From: a virus
Strand: one strand, 5' to 3'
Length of the DNA stretch: 64,000 nucleotides
Virus record (IMG/VR): IMGVR_UViG_3300028028_000133
Shown here piece by piece: positions 30,716-42,119 of this stretch. The notes under the pieces are model-generated. The model did not search any database and was not told the origin of the DNA. It saw nothing but the letters and a program-made list of their open reading frames with translations. The number at the start of each line of letters is the position of its first letter. Position 1 is the stretch's first letter. The position numbers and the translations under genes were made by a program.

Positions 30716-31894
30716 TTACCCCCTCCTGTTTTTATGTTCTTCTAGTGTATCGGCGAACATTTCCGCGCCAAGAAGGTCTTTGTTTTCACATGCGTCTTCT
30801 ATCGTTTTTCTGATTGCTTGCCGCGCGCCCCTGTCGATGGTGCGGTTATATTGCGCTATCTTCAGCAGCACACCATCCTTTCTTTCTGTTATCCTCTTTT
30901 GCAGGTCATCAACCAGATTTTCAATCGCTTCCTGCTTTGTGAATATTCCCGGATATGCCGCGGGTAATATGTTTATCCTGTGTGCCAGAGTTAGGGGCAA
31001 AACATCAAATAGTTCTTGTGGCTCGGGTTCTGATTTATCTCTTAAATATGCAAGTCCTTTTGCAACTCTTAAAGCAGAAATATACGCCCGTTCTGAAACT
31101 GTGCTTTTATTGTCCACTTTAGCGCACACGCCTTCCTGAAATGGACATTCCTTGCAGCACGAAGGGAACCCAATAAGATTTTCCTTGTCGCCGTGGTCGC
31201 ATATTTGCAAATCTCTAATAGACATAAAAGCAAGATTTTTGACGGCATCTGTTATCGGCATGGCTTCCACTTCGGCCCAAATGTTATCAATCTCTCCCTG
31301 CCCTAATATCTGTTTCGGCTGATATTTTTGAATAGCTAAAATTTTATGCTTCAGACCGAATGTGGGGGTCGGTAGAAATATCGACATATCAAATCTGTCC
31401 AGAATCGGGCCATACATATCAAAGCAACCTGCATCAGCAGGATTTGCGGCAGCTATAAAAATAAACGGAGTAAGAGATATTTCCTCGTTGCCGTAAATAG
31501 CCTTTTTCTCTGCAAGCACGGTATGCAGTGCCGATAGCGTTTGCGGAGGAACCCTGTTTATTTCATCGAAGAACTTGACCTTGGCTTTAAGAAAATTTCG
31601 CCATTCCACTATTTCTTTATCTTTCAAAAGCGACGGGATATTATACCTGCCGATAAACTGACTCTCAGAAAGAGCGGGCGTGCCTTGAACCCTCTGATAT
31701 GAGGCGCCTATGATTTTTGCTATGCTCTCTGATAAAAGCGATTTACCTTTACCATGAGATGACTGCAAGAATATCGATGACTGGGAAACTACGCCTGCAA
31801 CAAAAAACTCGACAATGCCATTCCCTTGATAAACTTTATGAACTTCTTTTAAGACTTCAATAGCCTTTTTTTGTAAGTTGGTTGTTTTAGACAT
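30716..31894 (-). CDS. MoxR-family AAA+ ATPase
   Basis: HGKGKS Walker A, FFDEINRVPP, AANP, ILDRF, LAHRI; likely start MSKTT. Confidence 0.85.
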   Translation of the reverse strand: MSKTTNLQKKAIEVLKEVHKVYQGNGIVEFFVAGVVSQSSIFLQSSHGKGKSLLSESIAKIIGASYQRVQGTPALSESQFIGRYNIPSLLKDKEIVEWRNFLKAKVKFFDEINRVPPQTLSALHTVLAEKKAIYGNEEISLTPFIFIAAANPADAGCFDMYGPILDRFDMSIFLPTPTFGLKHKILAIQKYQPKQILGQGEIDNIWAEVEAMPITDAVKNLAFMSIRDLQICDHGDKENLIGFPSCCKECPFQEGVCAKVDNKSTVSERAYISALRVAKGLAYLRDKSEPEPQELFDVLPLTLAHRINILPAAYPGIFTKQEAIENLVDDLQKRITERKDGVLLKIAQYNRTIDRGARQAIRKTIEDACENKDLLGAEMFADTLEEHKNRRG

Positions 31895-32351
31895 CAGTTC
31901 CTCCAGTTTTATAGTATGTGGCTGGAATTTTTTCAACGTCAGACGGTCTAACACACATTGTATCTTCACCATTTGAAACATAGATTCTTTTATTTTCTTT
32001 GTCTCTTATCACGACATCCAAAACGTCGTGCTTTCTGCAGAAAATCTGTCCAGAACCGTCTTTTATTTTTTTAGCAGCGAATACATTTTTAATGATTGCC
32101 ATTATTCCTCCAAATATTTTTTGACTGCTTTGTCTACAATTTTCTGGAGACCATTAATTAATTTGTCATATTCAGATGGAGACAAATTATATTTTTCTGC
32201 TATCTTCGCCAAATCTATATACTCTGTTATGTCAATCTTCCCTTGATAGACTTTGCCATTAATTGACATTTTTTTCATCAATTGAAGAGCGTCTACCATG
32301 GCTTTAACCGGACCTATATATTTAGCTACATACTTCATTTTTTTCTCCTAA

Positions 32352-32390
32352 TACCCTGTCCCATAAGAGTTGAACTTACGGAACAGGGTA
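32352..32390 (-). other. intergenic hairpin
   Basis: TACCCTGT...ACAGGGTA imperfect inverted repeat between the helicase stop and the next RBS. Confidence 0.4.
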
Positions 32391-32394
32391 AATT

Positions 32395-34530
32395 TTAGAA
32401 CCCAAAATTCATCTGTTCGCCGACCCGAAGCGACTGAATGGCTGGGTCGGGCAAACTTACGGATGTTTTGTTTTTTGCAATCAGATTTATCGGAACCGCC
32501 TTAATATTTCCTATAATCTGATTTTGTTTCTGTACTGTGATCTGCGCAGCTGCGAGTTCTTGCTCAAATGTATCCATCTTGACGCCGCGAACGAGACAGT
32601 CAATAACCTGAGCAGTTATATCCTCGTCGAACTCAAGTCCGGATAAACTTTCCGGGTCCACAACTTCGCCGTCTATCATTACCGATGCTCTCATCTTCTT
32701 GGCAATCAGTGAATATGCAGTCGCATGTATGGTTCCTGTGTAATAGATAAAATGCACGTTGACGGGTTTCTTCTGACCTATTCGCCAACTTCTGCGTGAC
32801 GCCTGACGAAGCGTATAAATTGAATATACCGGCTCGTAAAAAACAATAGTCGGAAAATCCAATAAATCCAATCCGGTTTCAACCAATGCAGGATTGGAGA
32901 CCATTACGTCTATGCCGCTTGCAACAACTTTGGCAATATGTTCCTCTCGCTTCTCAGCATCAATACTTGCGGGCAAATGATACGAATTGAAGCCGGCATC
33001 AGTCAGAACTTTTACAACACGACCAGCAACGTTTTGCAAATGAGTGTGGGGCGTATACACCAAAACTTTTTTACCCGATTGTTTTTCGCGCTTGACAAGT
33101 TCTATCAATTTCTTTTCTGTCGGATACACGACACTCACCGGCAGACCATCCTGTAGTTTTACGTCAACACCGTCTTTATCATGGCGCACAGCTGCCTGTC
33201 CGGGTAAAAGCGGATAGGTAGTGAGCATATGAAGATATTTTAATCCCGCATAGTGCTTTTGGGTTTTATTAAGATGCGGACTCAGCATTACGGCTTGAGC
33301 CCGTCGGGCGACTTCGTTTTCAAGATTGTTGTAAAACGTAGCTTGTTCAACCGACATCTTACAGCCGAGCGTGTGTTCCTTATATTTGGGCAGAAAGCAT
33401 TCTAAGTCGTGCAGGTTCATGAAAACCGTTCTGCTTATAAGGGCATTGAATATCGCAGGCATAATGCCTGGCATTTCGCGTGAACTCGACGTTACTTTTT
33501 TTTCTTTATTGAGTTTCCGCGTGTATTCATTGAACCCGTATTTTTCTACCCAATCTTTAACCGCGTTATGTTTGAACTCTTTCCGGACGTCTTGGCACAA
33601 ACGATACAGCAAGTAAAATAAAGTCGAACTGTAGCCGCCAAATATCGTACCTGTCAATGCCAGTGTCTTCCTTGCTTTCGCGGCAAGTATGCCGAACGCT
33701 ATGCCTTGGTTGGAATCGTGCCCCTTGAACTGATGACACTCATCCGCTATGAACAAGTCAAAATATCCTTTCGGCAATTGCTTCTTAATATACTGCGATA
33801 TTGAATATTTCGTCCTTCCGGATTGCAGATGAGTATACTGCCACAAAGGTGCCTGACATTTCGTCGGGGAAATGTCGTAATGCTTTACTTGTCGATTCGG
33901 CAACATCTCTGCCGTAATTTTTTCACGCACACTTACTATCTCGTTCGCTTTTGGTTTTTTAACAAGTATGTCGCCACACGTCGGGCATGTATAGTGAACA
34001 TGAGATGTTATTATTCTGTTTTTGATAAATTTTCTGCTGATTCTTTCATGAAGCGACCATCTCCATGGAGCGGAAAATCTAGCAGTCTCTTTCGACATGA
34101 TAAAAAAATGTCGTTTGCCGGAATCTTTCACCAGATTCACGGCGTACTTCAAGTCGGAAATATCGGATATATAATGAACCGATGTACTAAAAGGCGGCAA
34201 CGTGTTTAATATTTCGCGGCCCCATTTTTTTACGATATGCGTAGGGCACAGGACAAGGACTCTCTGATATCCCATAAGATATGCCACCGAAGCCGAACAT
34301 ATAGTTTTACCGACGCCATTTTCTCCCGAGACTATACAGTCGTTCGCCTCGCTTAGTCTTGTGACTACGCCGCAAACAGCATGTACCTGCGATGGGATTA
34401 GTGTCCTCTGCAATAACTGTAATTGTTTTTTCCACGGTGTCGGATCCAGTTTATATCTGGGCTCACTTATTTTTTCACAAGCAACCGACAGTTGCTTTGA
34501 CCATTTTTTTACAAAATCTTTGAATGTCAT
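32395..34530 (-). CDS. SF2 (SNF2-like) helicase with a zinc-ribbon insertion
   Basis: GENGVGKT, DECHQFK, LTGTIFGG, LVETGLDL, QASRRSWRIGQ. Confidence 0.85.
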   Translation of the reverse strand: MTFKDFVKKWSKQLSVACEKISEPRYKLDPTPWKKQLQLLQRTLIPSQVHAVCGVVTRLSEANDCIVSGENGVGKTICSASVAYLMGYQRVLVLCPTHIVKKWGREILNTLPPFSTSVHYISDISDLKYAVNLVKDSGKRHFFIMSKETARFSAPWRWSLHERISRKFIKNRIITSHVHYTCPTCGDILVKKPKANEIVSVREKITAEMLPNRQVKHYDISPTKCQAPLWQYTHLQSGRTKYSISQYIKKQLPKGYFDLFIADECHQFKGHDSNQGIAFGILAAKARKTLALTGTIFGGYSSTLFYLLYRLCQDVRKEFKHNAVKDWVEKYGFNEYTRKLNKEKKVTSSSREMPGIMPAIFNALISRTVFMNLHDLECFLPKYKEHTLGCKMSVEQATFYNNLENEVARRAQAVMLSPHLNKTQKHYAGLKYLHMLTTYPLLPGQAAVRHDKDGVDVKLQDGLPVSVVYPTEKKLIELVKREKQSGKKVLVYTPHTHLQNVAGRVVKVLTDAGFNSYHLPASIDAEKREEHIAKVVASGIDVMVSNPALVETGLDLLDFPTIVFYEPVYSIYTLRQASRRSWRIGQKKPVNVHFIYYTGTIHATAYSLIAKKMRASVMIDGEVVDPESLSGLEFDEDITAQVIDCLVRGVKMDTFEQELAAAQITVQKQNQIIGNIKAVPINLIAKNKTSVSLPDPAIQSLRVGEQMNFGF

Positions 34531-34549
34531 ATAACTCCCCAGAGCGAAG

Positions 34550-35488
34550 TCAAACCCGGTCGCTCTGTATTGTTTTTATCAGGTTGTCGTTGAAGTCAAC
34601 ATACTTGATGACCGACCTTAGATATTCTCGTTTTATTTCTTTGTCTTTTTCCTGCGTTTTATCAGCCAGTATTTTTTCTGCGGAATATTTAATCAACACT
34701 TTTTCATGCTCGTTCTCGAGCAACGCATTGTTTAAATTTCCGGAAGCAAAAATCAGTCCTATATGTCCGGTCCGAAGAGGCATAGCTGGCGCAGGGATAT
34801 TTACCGCGGGTTTCATCAAGTGCTCCTGAATCATTCCCTTAGTCCACAATCCGTCGGTTACAATTTCTTTAAGCGCCAATTTATCTTTTTTGGTAAGTCC
34901 GGCTAAATCTTTTTTGTCGATAGCATAGTCTGGGATGGGATATTCATTGTCCGTTATACTTTTGGACGAGGCGGATATTTTTCCTTTTTTCAGTCCCTCT
35001 TCGATGCTCACCGACAGCTTTTCGGGATTGATACCCCAAATGCTCCAACCGTAAACTCCTCCGAGGTTATATGTAACACTTCCTATTTTTTTGTCCAAGA
35101 CCATTTCGTCGGCAATATACGGCATCCAGTTCAGTAATAATGGAATATCGGATTTTTTGTCCAAGTAATTAAACAGCTGAACCATAGGTATGGCAGGTAT
35201 GTTATCCGATGATTTGGAAGACAGCAGTAAATTTGCTGAACCTATAATGCCATAATGGAACAGTCCTGATGGTAATTTTGTTACGAAAACTCCAGATGAT
35301 TCCTTAATCGTCGGGAATATAAAGCTGCGATAAGAATGTTTTATTTCATGTTCGCGGTTGAGAACTGATAGTATGTCTTTTTTATGCCCTACAAATTCCG
35401 CATATCGACAATAATATTGGCGGCTGCCGTAATCACCTACAGCTGCAACCAAATAAACATTATTAAGTCCAATTTTAGTAAAAATCAT
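34550..35488 (-). CDS. hypothetical protein upstream of the helicase
   Basis: 312-aa ORF; C-terminal PAMPLRTGHIGLIFASG. Confidence 0.55.
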   Translation of the reverse strand: MIFTKIGLNNVYLVAAVGDYGSRQYYCRYAEFVGHKKDILSVLNREHEIKHSYRSFIFPTIKESSGVFVTKLPSGLFHYGIIGSANLLLSSKSSDNIPAIPMVQLFNYLDKKSDIPLLLNWMPYIADEMVLDKKIGSVTYNLGGVYGWSIWGINPEKLSVSIEEGLKKGKISASSKSITDNEYPIPDYAIDKKDLAGLTKKDKLALKEIVTDGLWTKGMIQEHLMKPAVNIPAPAMPLRTGHIGLIFASGNLNNALLENEHEKVLIKYSAEKILADKTQEKDKEIKREYLRSVIKYVDFNDNLIKTIQSDRV

Positions 35489-35583
35489 TTTTTCTCCTCA
35501 AAACTAAATGCGACGGGCGGCAACTAAGGGTAAAAGGTAATTGTAAATTTTTAACCCACATGCTTCCCACCCGCCGCTAATCT

Positions 35584-36648
35584 TTAGCAGCCCAGCGACG
35601 TTCTTATCGCTGTTTCTTTCTCGGGCGTATAGCCCTTGAAATACCACAGAGACTTATTGAACCTCGCCCGGCGAAAACTATTCTGTTTGAGAACAGAAAC
35701 CTGCTCCGACGTTGGTTCGCTGTCGAATCTCACTTCGAGACCGTTTCTTGCCTCGTTATGGATGATATCAATGTCAGGTGTCTGTGACGCAGTTTCTTTC
35801 AATGCTGACGTCATCGTCTTCTCGTTCATTTCTGGATATACGGGAAGATGTCCCTGATGTTTTGTGTGGCCATATCTGATAACGTATGTAACTTTGTGGC
35901 CAGGACAACCGGGGTTGCGAACATAAGGATCACGGCAATGTTTTTTGTCCTCTGAACAGAATGCTATCTCGTCTGTGTCGGCTTCCATTTCGTAATTATA
36001 AACACGGGCACCGATGCACCTGTGCGGTTTCCACGACAGTTTTTTCAATGACGGACACTTCGCAATTGCAGACCTGAAGTCGTTCATATCACGCCTTTCA
36101 AAATTACCGTTAGCAAGAATGAATGACTCTGCCGTATTTGTATCGCCGTAGTCACCGCCATTTGTAAAAAACTGCTTATCAAGAACAACAAGCTTCTCAT
36201 ACGGGAATCGGGATTTCAAAGCATCGCGGGCGTCGTCTTTTTTCTGTTCCTCTTTCAGCCGCTCCGCCCATTCTTTTTTCTCATGCAGAAGGACTTCCTT
36301 TGTTTTTCTTTTATCGTCAACGGGCAGTTCTTCTTTGACTTTTTCCGCTGCCATAGCCAATTCCTCGCATACCCTCATATAATTAAGAGGATTGACTTCA
36401 TATTGGACCCGGGAAAGGACTTCGTCTATTTTTTGCTTTATGTTATCAATTGTGATTGGATTCAATGCGCCGCCATATGTAGATAATCTGCATGTTCTGT
36501 CCTCAACTTCGCCAGCGTCGTTAAGGTCGTTAGTTATCTCTATGTGGCTGTGAGATAATCCACAGACATTACTTAATGCTTTGTGAAGTCTTTTTTCTTG
36601 TATCGGGCCAAGCGTATCCGCCTGAATTTTTCTGATTATTTCTTGCAT
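35584..36648 (-). CDS. hypothetical protein
   Basis: 354-aa ORF; C-terminal NGLEVRFDSEP...LKQNSFR...WY module common in mobile-element proteins. Confidence 0.55.
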   Translation of the reverse strand: MQEIIRKIQADTLGPIQEKRLHKALSNVCGLSHSHIEITNDLNDAGEVEDRTCRLSTYGGALNPITIDNIKQKIDEVLSRVQYEVNPLNYMRVCEELAMAAEKVKEELPVDDKRKTKEVLLHEKKEWAERLKEEQKKDDARDALKSRFPYEKLVVLDKQFFTNGGDYGDTNTAESFILANGNFERRDMNDFRSAIAKCPSLKKLSWKPHRCIGARVYNYEMEADTDEIAFCSEDKKHCRDPYVRNPGCPGHKVTYVIRYGHTKHQGHLPVYPEMNEKTMTSALKETASQTPDIDIIHNEARNGLEVRFDSEPTSEQVSVLKQNSFRRARFNKSLWYFKGYTPEKETAIRTSLGC

Positions 36649-38565
36649 GTCTTCTCCTTTTTGAGATAGGATTTTGCCTGTTTGATATAACCCTTGAGTT
36701 CGCTCGGACTGGCACCATCTAATTCCCGCTCTATGTATTCAGCCAACGCTTCAGCACCTATGAACTCAAACGCAAAGTTTTTAAATTGCTCATCAGTCAT
36801 TCGCTCTCTGAACATATCCACCAGTTTGTCTTTTAACTTCTCCGTGTTGCTCATACAGGTTTTTCTCCTTTCTGCGTTTTAACAACATATCGTATGCTCT
36901 CGTCTATCCGCTTTTTCACGGAACGGAATATGTCCCCTTTCAGTCTTCCGTAAAGCCGCTGTGCGTCGGGCGATAAAGTGGGGCTGTAGTCGAGACCGGC
37001 GAATTCAGATTTGTTCATTCCGAAATGCTCGGATGCGAGATTGCAGACAATGTGGATATATAATTCGCTAGTCTCATTGTCTACTGGTATAACCAAACAT
37101 GCGGTAAATAAATATGCCGCTATCTCCGCATCAGTCGCTTCTTCTTTTATGACCGATGGATAGTTCTTAAAATTTTCCAGGCGTTCCTGCTTAATCTTTT
37201 CTATGATCCATCCCGGAACACAGTCGTTCCAGCCACTAGGATAGAAAATTATCGGTCGTTGAATTATTAGATTGATGACCTGCTGTGGAAGGTTATTTTT
37301 TGACATGCTCTTTTCCCTCTGCCAATTTGTCTTTAACTGTCCCGAGTGCGAAAGGAATTATGCCAAACAGATTTGGCCCGTGCGGCTCGCCATACTTTTT
37401 GTTCAATTTCTCCAGAACAGCGATTGCCCTTACTACTTTTCCCACGTCTTCGACTGACATTTTTTTCATAGGTTTTTTCCCCTCATTAGTGATTAGTTTT
37501 ATGATGCATGTACTGTTTTTTTAATCTTAGCCATTAAATCGGCAACAAGATATTTTTTCCCTGGTTGAAAACTTTTGCGATATCCTTCGTTATTGCCGAT
37601 GCCGTATGCTATTAAATTTAAAAGTATATATTCATCAGCCATAAGAACATCTTTTCCACAGTTGCTGTCCTTTACTGTTATGTCGAATTCTGTTGCATCT
37701 TCGCGAAGACGGATTGATTCTATCTGTTTAAAGGGAAGACGACTAATTACGTAAGCAGAGAACCAATATAATATTGTCCGCGAGACGCTGATTTGTCCAC
37801 TAAGGATGTACTTCAAAACTTGTTGAAGATTACCATGAGAATACAGTTCGTTGAGCCAAATATTATGTACCTTTGTAATCTGCTTTTCTATTTTTCTGAT
37901 TTTTTCTCTTGCAGTTTTTCTGTTCATTTTCATCATCCTCCTCAATTATGGATTTACTGCATTGAGTGTCTCAAGTATTTTGTCGAACCTGTTTGGGGTT
38001 TTAACAGCAGTTTTGTTCCCGAAAAACTTTTTCACTTTTTTATAATCGCTCGCTTCAAACGGGCGTATCAATATGTCTTCATCGCAAACAAGACATTGGG
38101 CTACGATAACCGGCAAGCATCTGTTGCAGTAGTCGCCAGTATGGTCGTATGTGGTAATTTCGATTTCGTGGTCTTTTTTGAGACATTCCTTATACAGTTT
38201 TGTTCTGTCCATTTGTCCCTCCGTTAATTCTTAATATCATCTTCCAATTTCCAAACAATATGCATCGAAATATTTAGCCCAGTTTGTGAAATGCTTCAGT
38301 CCCTGCTGTCCACTTGAAGTATCATCTCCATTATCCACACTTAATAGGATGTTTTTAGATTGTTTTGGTAAAAATCCTTGAGGCAACAATTCAATCAGCA
38401 TATCTTCGTTGATGCGATAATTATTTGAGGCATTATTCTCTGATTCTTTAGGAAGTATTTCAGCAATATCGTTAAAATTTGCTGAAATTTCAATCTCTTT
38501 TTTTAATTTATGAATCCCAAAATGGCGATAGTATAATTTTATTTTCACTTTGTCCTCCGTTAAAT

Positions 38566-39156
38566 TTAATCAAGCCTCACGAATCTCGGCTCGCCGTTCG
38601 GATAGAACTCTATTGAGTTCTGTCTCGGGTCTCTCAAATCCAGAGAATTGATTGCTTGAGCTATTTCCAACAGTCCACCGTTGCAAATCAGGAAACCCTT
38701 CAAAATATATTTTTGCAACCTTTGCATGGACGATATCGGGAACGGCAGTTTATTTATAACTAACCGTCTCTTTGCAAGGTCGATAAAGGCTGTCTCGTGA
38801 GTATAAACCTGTTCTTTATCCACCGCGAAGCAAGAAACCGTAAAATCAAAATTGTTGATTGTTTCCTGCGGATTGGGGAAATACACTTTTACTAAATCAT
38901 ATTTCCTTTTTTTGTAGAGCACCGACAAGACCCTTGAATTCTCAAATATCTTTTTATAACCCTTGCCACGGTTTAACCATTTACGGGCTTTTTCAAATTC
39001 TTTTTCGTTAGGGAAATAAATATCTATGTCGGAAGACATCTTTTCGCCGGAAAAATAATCCCTCACTGCCCCGCCTGCTATCCAACACTTCGCCGGCAAA
39101 TCGTTCAAAATCAAATTGCCGAAATAATTCACGCCTGCCTGTAATTGCTTTATCAT
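38566..39156 (-). CDS. nucleotidyltransferase (CCA-adding/poly(A) polymerase head-like)
   Basis: IAGGAVRD...SDIDIYF, FDFTV. Confidence 0.75.
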   Translation of the reverse strand: MIKQLQAGVNYFGNLILNDLPAKCWIAGGAVRDYFSGEKMSSDIDIYFPNEKEFEKARKWLNRGKGYKKIFENSRVLSVLYKKRKYDLVKVYFPNPQETINNFDFTVSCFAVDKEQVYTHETAFIDLAKRRLVINKLPFPISSMQRLQKYILKGFLICNGGLLEIAQAINSLDLRDPRQNSIEFYPNGEPRFVRLD

Positions 39157-41169
39157 TTTCTTACCTCCGCTACTATGGTGCCTTCTTTCTTAATTTTGTG
39201 ACACTCAAAAGATAATTTTCATAGTCATCAATTTCCCAGCAGTCCTCTAATGTCCTGACAAGATTAAACTCCGGCTCAAAAGAGAATATGTTGTCAACGA
39301 TTTTTTGGACTATTCTTAAAGACACCGCCGTTTGGTATAACTGCAAGTCGCTTTCTTTTTCTTTCAGGACTTTTAATTGGGCGTCAATTTCGGCGATTTG
39401 AGTATTTATGGGCGTCCGAAGTTTAGCCGTCTCTTTTCCGCGACCTTTGTATTGTTTCAACTGCTCGGTTAATTCCGATTTCTGATTTTTAAGAATGTCC
39501 GTCTGCTCAATTATTTTCCGCCACTCCTCGTTCCATATATCGTTAACTTCATCGTCGGATTGACAGTTTAAAAACGGATTTTCGGAAGTCAGATACTGCT
39601 TGAATTCTGTATATGCGGGTAGTTCGTGAGAGTTTTGTTCTATCGGCAAATCACACCTTGCCATTTCAATATCCGCTATGTCCTGTGGTCGGGCAGTAAT
39701 TATCCTTATCGGATGAACGATTTCTAATGATTGAGGATTTTTTTCTAACACGATTTCTGATTTTTCAAATAGGTCAAGTTGTGTTCCCTGCGATTCCCTT
39801 TGTGTCATTTTATCCCACTCGCCTCCTGATATTACAAAGACATTGCCGACTAAAACTGACAACTCCGTTATTTAATTTTCCTAACTGTTAATTCCCAGTC
39901 ACCCAGCGGTTTGCCCTTATAACTGAAACCCTCAATTTTGTAATTTATGCTATCGGCATTTGATTCAATCGCCAGCATAATACCACAGCAACAGCCAGTA
40001 TAAAAACCTCCGGTTCTGAATTTGTCCACGCTTTCAATTTGTTTCGCCAGTTTTTTCAACCCTGCACCAAGTTCCGCATCTGCAATTTCGTCATACCATT
40101 TTTTCTCAATCATTTCTTTTTCCTCCGCTTTTTTAATTGCGAGCTCGCAAGCAAAACAATCTACGTCAAGCTGCATTTTGATGATTCCATTAGCTTCTTT
40201 GCACGCAGACAACAGTTCGGGTGCTGCTGCCATAAGTCGTGCATTTGTGCATTTTACACAATCGCACTTTTCGCCTTTTTGTCTTTTGCCTTTGTATCTT
40301 CTTTGATTATATTTCCAGTTATCGGAGTATTTTCGTCATTCCATACTACACGATATCCAACATCATTTTTATTACCCCCAAACACTGCAAATACTCCCAG
40401 TCTTCCTATCGGGATATTTTTATATGATAAATCAATAAAAATGCTATCTCCCCCAATACCTTCAATTTTGCCCTTGTTGTTTTTTATTGTGGCGTATAGT
40501 TTCATTGCACCCCCTTTACCAAAATTTCGTATAAAAATTCTTTGCATTCGCCTGATTGACTGTCGAGATTGTCTTGTGATAGTTTCCAACCAACGATATC
40601 GGTGCAACAGGCGTTAAATAAAAATTCTTCTTCTTCGCTTTTTTCAGTCCCTAAAATTCCCATTTCTTGACATTCTATTTTTCCTCTTGACGCCAGCAGC
40701 ACATCTGCTAATCGTATCGGACGACCGAGTATTTCTATTTCCTCTTGGTCTTCTTTGCTGAAGTTTTTGTATTTATAATTCCAAGCAGTTTTTTCGGTTA
40801 TTTGTAGCGCGTCGGGCCAATCGTGTGCATCACCAGTGCAACTGTAAGCAAAGATGAATTCTTTGTCACACCGCTCGCAATTTACAAACCATGTGTCGCC
40901 ATTCCATCTGAAGTAACAGCCGTGCTTCAGTTCCATTATCGATGGAACCGCTTTTTTAATAACTTCTTTGAGTTCTGTGTATTTTTTTTCGTCCATAACA
41001 GTGCTTTCCTCCCGCTTCTTGAACATATCATCGTTCAAATTAAAGCCCGGCTCAATCCAGCCGCAATTATTACATTGCCACGGACCGCATTGAGTTCCGA
41101 CACCGATGTCAACCTCTTCGCGGTCGCATTCGCTGCCACAGTCGGGACATGTTTTTAATTCCTTCCTGT

Positions 41170-41547
41170 TCATATCTGTTTTTTAATTTTAGCAGCTTCT
41201 TCTTTTGCCATAGGTGACCATTTCGGATTATGGAAATTACCCGGACGCTCAACATATCCCCGTCCGCCGTCCCATTCCATCTCAATATTGTCAAATGTTT
41301 CCTCGTCTCCGCCGCGTGATTCCGATGGGTAGTGTTCAACCCATTTTATTGCATAGGCAAGAGCCTCGGGCAGTAAATCGCGAACAACCGCTGACGCTAT
41401 GCCTTCAGCGAAGTTGGTGACCGATGTTCCCGGATTGTCGGGAAGCTCCGTTAGGACAACTATTTTCTTATTGTTGGTGCCATCAAGAATAGTTACTCCG
41501 CACTTTGACTGACATGAACCCAGTCCTTTGTAATAAAATATTTGCAT
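41170..41547 (-). CDS. hypothetical protein, paralog of 12387..12791
   Basis: Shared motifs listed for the paralog; likely start MQIFYYKG. Confidence 0.65.
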   Translation of the reverse strand: MQIFYYKGLGSCQSKCGVTILDGTNNKKIVVLTELPDNPGTSVTNFAEGIASAVVRDLLPEALAYAIKWVEHYPSESRGGDEETFDNIEMEWDGGRGYVERPGNFHNPKWSPMAKEEAAKIKKQI

Positions 41548-41922
41548 TTTTTCTCCCGCTCTCCTATAATTTTTACGTCCGGGACATATTTGGAAAGATA
41601 TTTCACTACCGCCCTGTCTTTGCCCGGCACATATAGAATGTGTTCTGTTTCCTCGTAGTGAAAACCCTTGTTCCACAAGTAATTAATAATCGGAATTATT
41701 TTTTTATCCCATTTTTTATACCAGTCAACAAGATAACTGGCGCTGATGAACATTTCGCTCATAATATCTTTAAGGGATTGAGATTGTGTATCCCCAAAGT
41801 TAAAACAAACGACCGGTTCGCGGCGGTCCATCTTGCCGATTAATATTTGAAGCTCCGCGTATGCAACAAAATATCTTGCAATTTGTTCGGTTTTCATTTT
41901 ATTTTGTCCTTAAAGATAATGC

Positions 41923-42119
41923 GGCGGACTGGTAAGGATTTACACCCTACATGGTCGGCTCCCTCGGTTTTGTGGACCCGAAAACCTGTGCGATGCCGAC
42001 CTCTCCCTATACCAGGAGTACCCCGCGTAGGACTTACAACTGCCTTGCGGTTCTATCCTGAACATATGAGCACGAATGCTCCCCGACTATAGCGTCTACC
42101 TTTTCCGCCACAGCCCGCC
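41923..42119 (-). ncRNA. tRNA-like RNA with a large structured insertion in the anticodon arm
   Basis: 9-bp terminal stem GGCGGGCTG/CAGTCCGCC, D-arm TGGCGGAAAAGGTAGACGC, T-arm GTAGG-GTGTAAAT-CCTTAC-like, internal UUCG and GCAA tetraloop hairpins. Confidence 0.6.

Noticed and set aside
41847..42092. + strand 81-aa ORF
   Set aside because: It is antisense to the gene flow and overlaps the structured tRNA-like element.
41923..42119. tmRNA
   Set aside because: It has a full D stem, no alanine-type acceptor end with CCA, no evident tag reading frame, and is short for a tmRNA.
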